A stretch of 63,938 bases of DNA, filler included, from Trichomonas gallinae (lineage: Eukaryota): assembly GCA_008369845.1 (NCBI GenBank). It is 7 parts of 7 records of this genome, joined end to end, with 100 filler letters (N's around TTAATTAATTAA, not from the genome) between each part and the next. Parts side by side here need not be neighbours in the genome. Positions count along the whole stretch, not along the records: positions 53,863 to 57,805 come from MRSU01001651.1; positions 57,906 to 60,558 come from MRSU01001659.1; positions 60,659 to 61,707 come from MRSU01001660.1; positions 61,808 to 63,938 come from MRSU01001672.1; 3 more parts are not named here. One strand, written 5' to 3'. The position numbers were made by a program, and so were the translations under genes. Below, piece by piece: positions 53,863 through 63,938 of the stretch; the stretch's first letter is position 1; every line of letters begins with the position of its first letter. Under the pieces are notes generated by a model. That model was not told the DNA's origin. It ran no database searches and saw only the letters and a list, made by a program, of their open reading frames with translations.

Positions 53863-53942
53863 AATATTGACTTAAATCCTTCAAAAATGGGGTCATAGAG
53901 GCATTTGCAAATTTTGGCAAATAACCCCCAGTATATACTACT
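53863..53942. mobile_element. Repeat terminus ending ACTACT (Maverick/Polinton-like TIR end)
   Basis: About 80 nt similar to 61808-61886; similarity ends at ...ATAACCCCCA..ATATACTACT(T); begins at the contig start. Confidence 0.65.
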
Positions 53943-54222
53943 TCAATTAACGAAATTTGATCAAAAAATTTAATTAACTTTTATAAGTCTATATTATCTG
54001 CTCATCATATAAAACGAGAATTATCTGAAAAATTTTCAAACAATCGTCCGAACGCCTTCGATATTTAAAATCTAGAATATTTATTGGTTATATATTATAA
54101 TTTTCAATTTAATTTTGATTAATTGAAATAAAACTTAAAAATGTTTTATTAATATGTAATCATTCGAAAAAACATAAATAAAAAAATTAAAAACGTTTTC
54201 GAAAAAAAAATATTTTTTATAA

Positions 54223-55881
54223 ATGAATCGAAGCGCAGCAGTTCCTTTCACTATCGTAAGTAACAACCACGGATTCGTTCAAGTGTACAAGCGAATCGAT
54301 ATGATCGGCGCTGGTGGTTTTGGCAAGGTATATAAAGTTATTGAGCAAAAGACGCAGCAAATATATGCGTTAAAAGTTGTCCCAAACGATAGCTTGACGT
54401 CGAACGTTGAAAAAGAGGCCCTACAAAACGAGATTAATTTCCAAAAATCATGCAATCACCAAAATATCGTAAAAGTTATTCATACTTTCACAGATTCGCT
54501 CAATCAATATATCGTTTTAGAATACTGTCCGGGAGGCTCCCTTGAAGCTAAATGGAAGAACGATGGAAGATTTACTTCAGAACAAGCAGCTGATTTTGTT
54601 AAACAAGCACTGGATGCTCTGGCGTACATACACGCTCGCGGAATCATCCACAGAGATATCAAGCTCGCAAACTTCCTGATCGGAGAGAACGGACAGATAA
54701 AGCTCTGCGATTTTGGATTAGCTATGAAAATTTCACCAAATGAGAGGTACCAGGTTAGTGGAACCCCATCTTATTTGGCCCCAGAATTGCTCCTAAAGGG
54801 TGGTGATGGAATAAATCCAAAAATTGATATCTGGGCTTTGGGAATTTGCGTATTTATCCTATTAAACGGCTATCCGCCATTCGAAGCATCAACACCGAAG
54901 TTAACTTATGAAAGGATTAAAAATGGAACTTTCAGATTCAACATAGCAGCAAACATAACATATTTCGCAAAAGATTTTATACAAAAGACATTAACGCGCG
55001 ATCCAGACCAAAGACCATCAGCAGAAGAACTCCTCAAGCACCAATTCGTTACAAAAGGACAAGAAAAACAAGTTATCAAAACATCAAAATCATTCTCTAC
55101 GATGCCACACATGACACAAAGCGCCTTTTCAAAGTCACCGTTAACACCAATATCTCCTGTAGCTGAACAACCAGAGAAAAAGACACCAGCTTCAATTTTA
55201 GCACAATCATCAACACCAGAGCTAAGATTGACACCCATTTCTATAACATCATCACCTTTGGTTACTCCTAAGGTCTCTGAAGAGAGATTACCGCCAAAAC
55301 ATTCAGTTTGTCGATTTTGGGATTTAAGCGACAAATATGGCCTCGGATATCTACTCCAAGATGGTTCAGTTGGCGCATTGTTTAATGATATGACAAAGAT
55401 GATAGCAGATCCGCATAGAACTTTCATTCAATATTATAACTCACCACACACAGTAAATTTCGAATTAGTTGATGCAACTACTCCAATAGATGATGTATCC
55501 AAGAAGCTAATTATTTTATCAAAGTTCAGTGATTCATTAAGGAAAGGAAATGATTTGTACAAAATTCCTCCGATGAGATCTGACAAGAATTCACCGCTGA
55601 GCTACGTCAGACATTGGTCAAGAGAAGACAGAAGAGTGCTGTTTAGGTTCGATAATGGAGATGTTCAAGTTAATTTTGAAGATTCGATGAAATTATTTGT
55701 ATTTTGGACAGACCAGAAGCTTATCCTCTCCAGTGGCCTGAAACAGCCAGCGAAATGCATTGCAGTCACAGATGTTAGCGATGATGGAAATGAAGAAGAA
55801 AAAACTCGTCTCGCTGTTGCAAAAAGGATGCTCAAAGCCACTCGTACATCATCATCTAGAAACGGATCGCATTCCCAGTAA
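54223..55881 (+). CDS. PLK: Polo-like kinase
   Basis: GAGGFG, ALK, HRDIKLAN, DFG and GTPSYLAPE kinase motifs; polo boxes RFWDLSDKYGLGYLLQDGSVGALFND and FDNGDVQVNFED. Confidence 0.93.
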   Translation: MNRSAAVPFTIVSNNHGFVQVYKRIDMIGAGGFGKVYKVIEQKTQQIYALKVVPNDSLTSNVEKEALQNEINFQKSCNHQNIVKVIHTFTDSLNQYIVLEYCPGGSLEAKWKNDGRFTSEQAADFVKQALDALAYIHARGIIHRDIKLANFLIGENGQIKLCDFGLAMKISPNERYQVSGTPSYLAPELLLKGGDGINPKIDIWALGICVFILLNGYPPFEASTPKLTYERIKNGTFRFNIAANITYFAKDFIQKTLTRDPDQRPSAEELLKHQFVTKGQEKQVIKTSKSFSTMPHMTQSAFSKSPLTPISPVAEQPEKKTPASILAQSSTPELRLTPISITSSPLVTPKVSEERLPPKHSVCRFWDLSDKYGLGYLLQDGSVGALFNDMTKMIADPHRTFIQYYNSPHTVNFELVDATTPIDDVSKKLIILSKFSDSLRKGNDLYKIPPMRSDKNSPLSYVRHWSREDRRVLFRFDNGDVQVNFEDSMKLFVFWTDQKLILSSGLKQPAKCIAVTDVSDDGNEEEKTRLAVAKRMLKATRTSSSRNGSHSQ

Positions 55882-56617
55882 TGTTTGTATTTTAATTTTT
55901 GAATTTTGTAATATTATTATAAATTTCCATGTTATTCTTTGAATGATAATATAGTAACCTTGCAAAATCTTTTAATTGCTAAGTTTACTCCAAAATATAA
56001 CAATTTTATTTTGAATAATTAAATGAATCAATACTATATAATAAATTCATTAAACGTTTGGATTTAAGCATCAAACTTAAATTATATTTTTATTACGATA
56101 CAATATCAGTTTGTTTTTTGAGTTCAGCTTCAAGTACCTCGCACGCGACATCTCTGCCATCGTCCACGAACACCACTGATTCAGCTTCACTACAGATGAA
56201 TCCACATATCATATATGAACTGTTTTCTCGTTAATGCGGAGTCTACATCAACTTTGCATCATGTCACTACCTCATGACCTTCATCAGATTCACCATTCTT
56301 TTCACAAACTTTATTTGAATATGATTTGTAGATTGTTATTATGATTTTTGTCTATTGAGTGAATGTAGTATCGTAATTATATATTATATAATAGTGTTCA
56401 ATACAATCAGAATGAAGAGCTTACATTCAATATATTAGTGTAAATTTTGTATAAAATATTTAAGCAAAAATATGAATTTTAGCGTGCAACAATAGCACAT
56501 TGATACTCCTCCATTATTATATCATATAATTATACTATTTAATGATATTTTTTGACAATATGTCGTTTTGACACGTAAACAAATAAGGTTATAACATAGA
56601 GCTGATAAAGAGCTTTT

Positions 56618-57412
56618 ATGAATAATCGAGCAACAATGATTCTCATTGATAATTCACCTACCACTATCAATGAAGACTTCATTCCGAACAGATTGCTCGC
56701 GCAAACTATTTGTGCTCAACGATTAGCGCAAAATTTTTCCAATGCTAGTCCAAACAGCCAAGTTGGAGTCATAACATTATCAAGGCCAGAGTTTGGAATA
56801 CGCTCTTCATTGACTCCGAACCCAACTTTCATAAATAATTCTATGCAAAACGTAAAACGCGGAAAACAACCAATAGATATACTTCATGGAGTTAAGGTCT
56901 CTGTTTTAGCCCTTAAGAACGGGCTGTCTACGCCATCAGAAAAGCGAATATTAATTTTAATTTCATCAGATTCAACAATTGATGACGATATAGCGAATAG
57001 TATTGCAAAAATAGCTTCTGATAACAAAATTATCATTGATGTTGTTGTTATCGGCTCACATGTTCAAAATGTTGAAATTTTGAGAAAAATCAATGGAAAT
57101 GATCCTAAATCAGTGTTTATGCACATAAATAACTGTCCTACAATTGTTGCTGATTTCGTACTAGCTACATCCATTGGATTAAAGAAAGACGATTTCCCCA
57201 GTATTAATCCTAAGCTTCAACGCACTGACCCTGAACTATACAATGCACTAAAAGAATCTAAACATAAAGAAAATCCCGAATGGTTTCGCAATGAATTTAC
57301 TAACGTTATGGATCCAAAAGTCAAGAAAAATCAAGCTGCAAAACAATCACCTTCTAAAGAAACTAAAAAGAAGAAAACTTTCACAAAACATAAAGGCTCA
57401 ACAAAAGATTAA
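56618..57412 (+). CDS. RPN10: Rpn10/PSMD4-like vWA protein with one UIM-like motif
   Basis: ATMILIDNS...EDFIPNRLLAQ, VSVLALKN...KRILILI and DPELYNALKES motifs. Confidence 0.78.
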   Translation: MNNRATMILIDNSPTTINEDFIPNRLLAQTICAQRLAQNFSNASPNSQVGVITLSRPEFGIRSSLTPNPTFINNSMQNVKRGKQPIDILHGVKVSVLALKNGLSTPSEKRILILISSDSTIDDDIANSIAKIASDNKIIIDVVVIGSHVQNVEILRKINGNDPKSVFMHINNCPTIVADFVLATSIGLKKDDFPSINPKLQRTDPELYNALKESKHKENPEWFRNEFTNVMDPKVKKNQAAKQSPSKETKKKKTFTKHKGSTKD

Positions 57413-57727
57413 TAATTAACATATCTGATGTTTGTACATCAAAATATCTTGTTAAAATGTCAATACCATGTATACTATAATCTTTCATTTGTCAGATCAT
57501 ATATTTTTCTCTTGAAATTGTAAATTGTCTGTATTCGAAAAATATAATTACCATTTTATATAACCTGAAACGCCAAAAGCAAATTTTATGAGTCTGTCTA
57601 AGCTGGTCATAAACTTTCGTGAGTTATTATTATATCACAGTTTAGATTATTTATGAACAGTACTTTAAAGTATGTGAACATATTAAAGATCTCACTTTTT
57701 ATATCATATATGCAAAACGTAAACTAT

Positions 57728-57805
57728 TTAAGGGTGCAGTTACGCCCACTCGTAAACTTCAGAAATTTTTGACACTCCTTTTTTTGGTGTATTTTTGTAC
57801 CTATT
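57728..57805. mobile_element. Candidate end of a second TTAA-target transposon family
   Basis: TTAA|GGGTGCAGTTACGCCCAC begins 74 nt before a gap, the same geometry as 10751-10829 (75 nt). Only one copy in the window. Confidence 0.4.
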
Positions 57806-57905
57806 NNNNNNNNNNNNNNNNNNNNNNNNNNNNNNNNNNNNNNNNNNNNTTAATTAATTAANNNNNNNNNNNNNNNNNNNNNNNNNNNNNNNNNNNNNNN
57901 NNNNN
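57806..57905. other. Artificial scaffold spacer
   Basis: N-run + TTAATTAATTAA + N-run. Confidence 0.98.
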
Positions 57906-58805
57906 TTTTGACATATTAATTCTACTAAATACATTCAATTTAAACTACTATTTTTAACTTTCATTCAATTTTAATTTGATTACTTTACTTTCTTCAATAA
58001 AAAACATCAAATAACGACATTTTAAATTATGTCGATCAATAATAACATACCTTGTCTTATTAGTTGAATAAATCTTAAAAATAATGATTGATTTGGAACC
58101 ATATTTTACAATAAAATTCATTTTCCATATTTAGAACCATTTTTCCATATCCATTTCAAATTTTTCTGATCCTTTGGTAATTGTTAGAATAGAGTCCAAA
58201 ATATAGATAGAAAAATGATGTATAGATGAAATCTTGACGAAATGCGCGAAACTATGTGTGTATCTGAAAAAATTACCATTCATGATTCTAATGTTTCTAA
58301 TACCAATACCTGGAATTATAATATGGCTAGAATATATTGTTTTAATAAGATGCTGGGCGATAAGAAGCTAAATTCAATTTTTGAAAAATAAAATATGCCA
58401 TTTTAAAAGCTAAAAATGATAAAAATATGTTTTTTATATATTACATTCCACATTTCATTCTTTATTTTTCAATTTTAATACTCAGACATATAAAAAAACA
58501 AAATTATTGGAAAAAAAAAATTTTTTTTTATAGAATATATTTAACAATAATAATCAAAATTCCAATAATTTAAAACATAGATATAATTTTATATATACAT
58601 CATAAATAATTGGTTTTTAAACAGTGATCTTAATTTTTATTGGTAGATATTAGCCGCAAATGCAAAATAATTCGATTTTTATATTTGTTAATTAGTAATA
58701 CATCGAAATACAGCAACAAAACGAATCGACCACTTATGATGATTTTCAATGGTTTACAACCAAATTTGAATGGTTTACAATGTGTCACTTTTCAAGTTCT
58801 TCTTC

Positions 58806-60011
58806 ATGCTTAGCGATGAGGAAGCAAAGTTTCTCATCGCACTAATATCCGACGAGGATAAGCCGCTTGGACAGCTTTACAACAAATTCACCCAAAAATA
58901 CGACATGAAGGCCCAGATTTTATGCATAAACGCTTTATCTTGTCTATTAGGTGACGGAATTTTAGAATATTCACAACAATTTGTTGCTTTTTGGATTATA
59001 TACCGCGCGTATTATCACGAAGACTATAATATGCACCCATACAAAATGCTATTTTTGTTAATTCTCGAACAACACCAAATCAGACAAGAATCCTGTAGCT
59101 CGCAATTGTATGCCACCATCACAAACATTATCACAAACACAAATGTTTTGGCATTGGATGAGTTTTCCGTCACGAAAATTTTCAGTGAACTTTTCCCGTT
59201 CTATGCAAACTCTATTAATGATATTCCACACTCCAAAATGCTTAACATGCGCTGCTCGCCATTAATTGTTGAGCCAGATCAAGAAGATAACGAAAATATT
59301 TCGTTAAATCTAGTTCTAGAGAAACTTATCACTTCTCCGGAGTATCTCAATGAATTTGAGCCCCCAACAATTCACACGGCGCCAGATATTTTCCCTATTA
59401 CCGACAACGAAGTCAATCAGCTTATTATCACTTCTACAAACACAGCTCCTCCTTTATTTGATGAAAGCCATTCTGCTGAAACGATAAGGGTTGCTCACAA
59501 TCTAATTGTTGAAGCTCCAAATCGAGTTTTGAATAATCGCGAAATTCAAACATTAAACTCACTGATTTTCTCGGATAGCTCATTTCTAACTGAAGACGAC
59601 ATCAATGAACAGAATTTCTCGAAAATTTCCGAAACAAATCCAGATATTGCAATTTTGCTTATTAAAGCCCTTCCTGCTGAGCGCCAGAAGTTCTCTGATA
59701 TATTAAGTCGCGCTCCAGCAGGTCCAGGGGTTGCAACAACAGTCAAAAAATTCGTTTTAGAAAATTTGGCACCTTCCGGATTTATTCGCACATTCTTTAC
59801 ATCAACAACAACAGCAATTCGCGGTGTTAAGGACAATACAAGTGCTGCACGCATAGGGCGCCCGTTTTGCGAAGTTTTGATAGACTTGATCGAAAGCGGT
59901 GTCAAGATTGATGGTTCTCTCACTATCAGCCTTACGTCCCTCTGCGATGATATGAGGAAATTCAATATTAAGGAGGCTACAACTTTACAGTCTCTTCTTT
60001 CTGCGGATTAA
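58806..60011 (+). CDS. CNOT11: CNOT11-like CCR4-NOT subunit
   Basis: EFEPPTIHTAP, ETNPDIAILL and FIRTFF...KDNTSAARIGRPFCEVLIDLIE...IKEATTL parallel the CNOT11 C-terminal domain. The ATG at 58806 follows Inr GTCACTTTT (58784). Confidence 0.7.
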   Translation: MLSDEEAKFLIALISDEDKPLGQLYNKFTQKYDMKAQILCINALSCLLGDGILEYSQQFVAFWIIYRAYYHEDYNMHPYKMLFLLILEQHQIRQESCSSQLYATITNIITNTNVLALDEFSVTKIFSELFPFYANSINDIPHSKMLNMRCSPLIVEPDQEDNENISLNLVLEKLITSPEYLNEFEPPTIHTAPDIFPITDNEVNQLIITSTNTAPPLFDESHSAETIRVAHNLIVEAPNRVLNNREIQTLNSLIFSDSSFLTEDDINEQNFSKISETNPDIAILLIKALPAERQKFSDILSRAPAGPGVATTVKKFVLENLAPSGFIRTFFTSTTTAIRGVKDNTSAARIGRPFCEVLIDLIESGVKIDGSLTISLTSLCDDMRKFNIKEATTLQSLLSAD

Positions 60012-60496
60012 ACAGTTATAAAAAATAGAATTCTATATAATAAATATCAAATTTAGAAGTTTTAGGTATTTTTATACAAACATTTATTGTCAAATCCATT
60101 TTTTTTTTTTAGCAAATTCAAATTGATTCATTTTCAAATTTCAATTTTTTTACAAAATAAATATTATAGATAATATATTTAAAAATACTTCATTTAAATC
60201 TTGAAGCTCAATATCGGCAATCATTGAAATTATAAAATCCATAAATAAAATATTAATTCTATATATTTATAATATATAGAACCAAATAACAAAAAACAAA
60301 CGAAATTTAATATTCTATATTGTTTAATCCACATTAAAAAAGAATCAAATTAACATTATATAAGAAACTGTGTATAGAATTAACATCAGGTAGGATGCAT
60401 TAAACTGCGCCATTATCTTTTATCTTTTTATCATATCATGTTGAATCTCAATATGAGCATCGATATATATATTTTTTTAATAAAAAAACTATTCGT

Positions 60497-60558
60497 TTAT
60501 TTGGCATTGATGATAACTGTGTGAACGATCTGCTTCGACTCAAGTTCTTCGGAGTCGC
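60497..60558 (-). CDS. 3' fragment of a gene truncated by the gap
   Basis: DSEELESKQIVHTVIINAK-TAA(A); GC-rich up to the gap, AT-rich after the stop. Confidence 0.45.
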
Positions 60559-60658
60559 NNNNNNNNNNNNNNNNNNNNNNNNNNNNNNNNNNNNNNNNNN
60601 NNTTAATTAATTAANNNNNNNNNNNNNNNNNNNNNNNNNNNNNNNNNNNNNNNNNNNN
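60559..60658. other. Artificial scaffold spacer
   Basis: N-run + TTAATTAATTAA + N-run. Confidence 0.98.
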
Positions 60659-61115
60659 GATTCTTATGCTTAATGTATGAATTTTGAGCTTGAAGAGTTT
60701 CTTTTGTGCCTGCTATAAGATCAAATTTTTCAGATTCTAAACGTATTGTCTAAATAGGAGTAGAAACAAGATGGAGGTTTTAATAGCTTATTATAAGATT
60801 GTAAAAATTGTATCGTGCTTAAACATCGAAATCGTATAAAAAAATAAGAATTAATTTACTGCAATCATTGCTCATTAAAGAAGTTGTATATGGTTCAATG
60901 TATTTTCTGGAGTTAAATCGTATTTCTGGAATCAAATTGGTTGGGAGATAATGAGTGAGTGAAAAAAACTGGTCAATTTGTTAATTTAATCTGAAGGGAT
61001 TCCATTTCTCCACTAGCCTAAGGGTATATAGCAATGCCGTGCTATACAAATTCATTATTTGTGGAGAGGGGCAAACTTAACATATGATTTTTAATGAAAT
61101 AACCTTAAATTTCAA

Positions 61116-61707
61116 ATGTCAAATGAACTCGAGATCGAGCAGACAATCATCAAATGTTCTTTTAAGCAATATTCGGATAGCTTTTCACCTGATTCTAATA
61201 TCACACCTCCTGATTACGATGAATCAACATTTATTCTTTTTTATGAATATTACAATTCGCTACAATCGAACTTTCAAAAAGGCAATATCGCCGATTTACT
61301 ATTCATATTGCATCGTATGTCCATCCTTATTTCAATTGATAATTCGAATATTCCAAATTATTCAGATTTTAATCAATTCATTACATTATTATTAGAAATA
61401 TCTAAGCATGATATCTTAATTAATACATTGACTATATTAAATATATTTTGCAAAAAAGAAAATAGCATTTTAAATCAAATTATTCATGATTTACAGTTTA
61501 TTGAATTTATTCACATTAAACTTTGCAACATATGCTCGGGTTCTATAATTGCAGATTATTTTGAAATTGTGCACAATATAATTGGTTTACTTCATAAGAT
61601 ATATCACAAGTGCGCTGAAATTGATCAAATTATTCCATTCGATTTTCCGTTTGAAGTCATTGAGAGCATATTGTTTAGAAATGATAGTTTGGCAGATGGT
61701 AGTTTAG
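61116..61707 (+). CDS. Partial hypothetical ARM-like protein (3' end in gap)
   Basis: 197 codons open into the gap. N-terminal layout resembles 12855-14255 (FKQYSD..S..P vs FNKYSD.NS..P). Confidence 0.6.
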
Positions 61708-61807
61708 NNNNNNNNNNNNNNNNNNNNNNNNNNNNNNNNNNNNNNNNNNNNTTAATTAATTAANNNNNNNNNNNNNNNNNNNNNNNNNNNNNNNNNNNNN
61801 NNNNNNN
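61708..61807. other. Artificial scaffold spacer
   Basis: N-run + TTAATTAATTAA + N-run. Confidence 0.98.
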
Positions 61808-61886
61808 ATATTGTCTAAAATCCTTCAAATATGGGGTCATAGGACCGCTTGCAAATTTTGGCAAATAACCCCCAACATATACTACT
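61808..61886. mobile_element. Repeat terminus ending ACTACT (Maverick/Polinton-like TIR end)
   Basis: AAATCCTTCAAA.ATGGGGTCATAG...TTGCAAATTTTGGCAAATAACCCCCA..ATATACTACT is shared with 53863-53942. Confidence 0.65.
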
Positions 61887-62817
61887 TATATTATATGATT
61901 GTCAAACAACGAATCAAACCTTTTTGCAACGTTCTTAAATTAATTTTGATCAAAACCCCAAACTCTTTAGCTCCAAAAATTAGTATTTTATTTCACAATG
62001 CAGCATCAATATAGTTTGAAAAAGTGACAGAAATGGATGCACCCCCTGTCTAAAAGTGTCACTTTTGGACACTTTACGTATCAAATCTAACATGTAAACC
62101 ATTCACTTTTTCATCCGAATTTTGGTACAGAACACAATCGTTGTCAAAATTTCTTGACAGATTTGTCAAATTGACAGATATATTTTTGAGATTTTTTGCT
62201 AAAAATGTCGGGTAGAACATGGGATAGTAAACTGTCATTAGTATCTGCCAATGGCATGGGGTTTTATCCTTATGTTGTCTAAGAGGTTGTAAAACCTTAT
62301 AAGAGTTTGTAGAATTGATTATTCTATACGAGCAAAAAAAGTTTAATTTTTTGACATGTAATAATTTTATTTGATTATCCATTGATATTGTTTGGAATAT
62401 TCACGTTAGCTATAAATGATTATCAAATGAGTAAAATATTCATTCATTACATTTGCCATGTAAAGTTGATAATTTGTTTTCCAATATAATAGTTTCAAAA
62501 ATAATTATTATAAAACTAAGTTATATGAGGTCGAGAAATTAAATGGCATTTAATTTTTGAGAGTGTTTTGACATGTAAACATAATTAACATACCAAAAAT
62601 ATCATTTCTAAATGCATATTTCAGTTTTCTTTGATTAACAAATCCTCTCTCAAAAATAAATATCGTACTTAAAATTTGATGGCATCACAAAAATTCATTG
62701 AATTCCATCAATCAATGTTATATTATAGATCAACAAACAAAGCCAAATATCAATTTTTTGGCAGTGCAATTTTTTTTATTTGAATGAATGACGTGATTCT
62801 TCGTCATTTAGTTCTTA

Positions 62818-63938
62818 ATGATTTGGCTCCTTATCTTTCACTCTTTTTCGCTTCTTTATGAGGGGAGACAGAGTGTGCAGATACAGGGGGAAGTAACTCA
62901 GGACTATAATATAATGGATTGCCAATATATAGAAATTGGCACCGTTTCTTCATCGAGTGCAGTTGCTTTATCACGCGGCACATCAGATAAATCAGTTTAT
63001 ATGCTTGCTACATCGTTCTCACATTGCAAAGCGACTCAAGGTGGCTCGTTTTACTTCATGGGCAATTTTGATTTGAGGATTTATCTCTGTTGTATACAAA
63101 GTTGTATAGTTGGTGGTACTTACTGTTGGGGCGCCATTGGATTTTTCGACTTAGAGAGACCATATAAAGTAGAATATCTCTCGGCATTAAAATGCAGTCC
63201 AGGAAGCCGTAACTTATTTTGTCAAAAATACCCAAAACTACATAACATAAACATAACTCAGTGCGAAGCTACCCCAGGAAGTGAAAAGTACTCTTATGGC
63301 ACAGTCTGGATGTATAATGGAAATCCAGTTAATGAGGATTACGGCTACAGATATAGTTCTGTTGTATCGAATGTAAGTCCTTGTTCTGCATTATATCAAA
63401 AATATTGCCAGCCTTTCACTGTTTATTGTGTAAACGTCATCGATAATACAAATATTCAATACTCAACATTCTATAATGAAAATTGCTGGGAATGCAAAGT
63501 TGAAAACTGTATATTCAAAAATAATAAAGGTGTTGGATATTTCGATGTACATTATCCTTCCTATAAAGCAACTTTTATAAATAATTGGAGCGATCAACAA
63601 AAAACATCTGGTAATATTAATCTCGTTTCATGGAATACCAACGGAAATGGTGATGAAACAGATTACACATATTATCAGACAATGCTCTGCTTTGCTGACA
63701 TTCCCTATCCAATGGCGACCATGACTCCTGTGAACACACCGTCATCAACACCATCAAGCACACCATCATCAACGCCATTCTCTACACCATCAAGCACACC
63801 TTTCTCTACACCATCATCAACTCCATTCTCTACACCATCAAGCACACCATTCTCTACACCATCATCAACTCCATTCTCTACACCATCAAGTACTCCTTTC
63901 TCTACACCATCAAGTACTCCTTTCTCTACACCATCAAG
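62818..63938 (+). CDS. Cys-rich putative surface/secreted protein (beta-helix-like) with TPSS/TPFS stalk; runs off the window
   Basis: Hand translation is open to the window end, so it is missing from the track. Signal-like MIWLLIFHSFS; FSHCKATQGGSFY; NINITQC; VENCIFKNN; then (TPxS)n. Inr TCATTT at 62804. Confidence 0.85.
   Translation, partial: MIWLLIFHSFSLLYEGRQSVQIQGEVTQDYNIMDCQYIEIGTVSSSSAVALSRGTSDKSVYMLATSFSHCKATQGGSFYFMGNFDLRIYLCCIQSCIVGGTYCWGAIGFFDLERPYKVEYLSALKCSPGSRNLFCQKYPKLHNINITQCEATPGSEKYSYGTVWMYNGNPVNEDYGYRYSSVVSNVSPCSALYQKYCQPFTVYCVNVIDNTNIQYSTFYNENCWECKVENCIFKNNKGVGYFDVHYPSYKATFINNWSDQQKTSGNINLVSWNTNGNGDETDYTYYQTMLCFADIPYPMATMTPVNTPSSTPSSTPSSTPFSTPSSTPFSTPSSTPFSTPSSTPFSTPSSTPFSTPSSTPFSTPSSTPFSTPS
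63736..63938 (+). repeat. Coding minisatellite, 12-nt units (TPSS/TPFS) with 24-nt higher-order period
   Basis: ACACCATCAAGC / ACACCATCATCA units alternate with ACTCCATTCTCT-type units. Confidence 0.92.

Noticed and set aside
56120..56320. GC-richer island with C-ending codon bias
   Set aside because: Stops in the frames read and no identifiable protein or RNA structure.
60536..60557. CGACTC...GAGTCG hairpin before the gap
   Set aside because: Short, and explained by the coding fragment on the minus strand.
60659..60960. Frame punctuated by TAA/TAG, suggesting stop-codon reassignment
   Set aside because: Bona fide genes in the window end in TAA, TAG and TGA, so the standard code applies.
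62074..62382. 102-aa minus-strand ORF
   Set aside because: No motifs, intergenic-like composition, and it overlaps promoter-type motif clusters.

Overview
AT-rich, intron-poor eukaryotic genomic DNA. The gene families, Inr-type TCA(C/T)TT promoters and TPxx-stalk surface protein point to a trichomonad parasite (Trichomonas or a close parabasalid); this taxon call is inference. The window is a scaffold of 7 contigs joined by six artificial 100-nt spacers (N44-TTAATTAATTAA-N44). It holds about 26 intact single-exon genes: a giant coiled-coil protein, ankyrin protein, PPP phosphatase, CCZ1, DOCK GEF, GH20, 3R-Myb, TatD, UAA transporter, Rab, degenerate DHHC, bromodomain, EF-hand/WD40, Vps33, GT31, CLASP-like, USP, Polo kinase, Rpn10-like, CNOT11-like and several unknowns. 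It also holds gene fragments cut by gaps or the window edge, tRNA-Phe(GAA), an intronless tRNA-Ile(TAT), and transposon ends at contig breaks (TTAA-flanked GGGGG-TIR ends, Kolobok-like; ACTACT-terminated ends, Maverick/Polinton-like). Highlights: a membrane-anchored, bacterial dispersin-B-like GH20 with intact catalytic motifs but a TTG at the expected start; a TTAA transposon inserted into the 5' end of an unannotated small gene; two apparent pseudoenzymes; and several recurrent promoter motifs I do not recognise.
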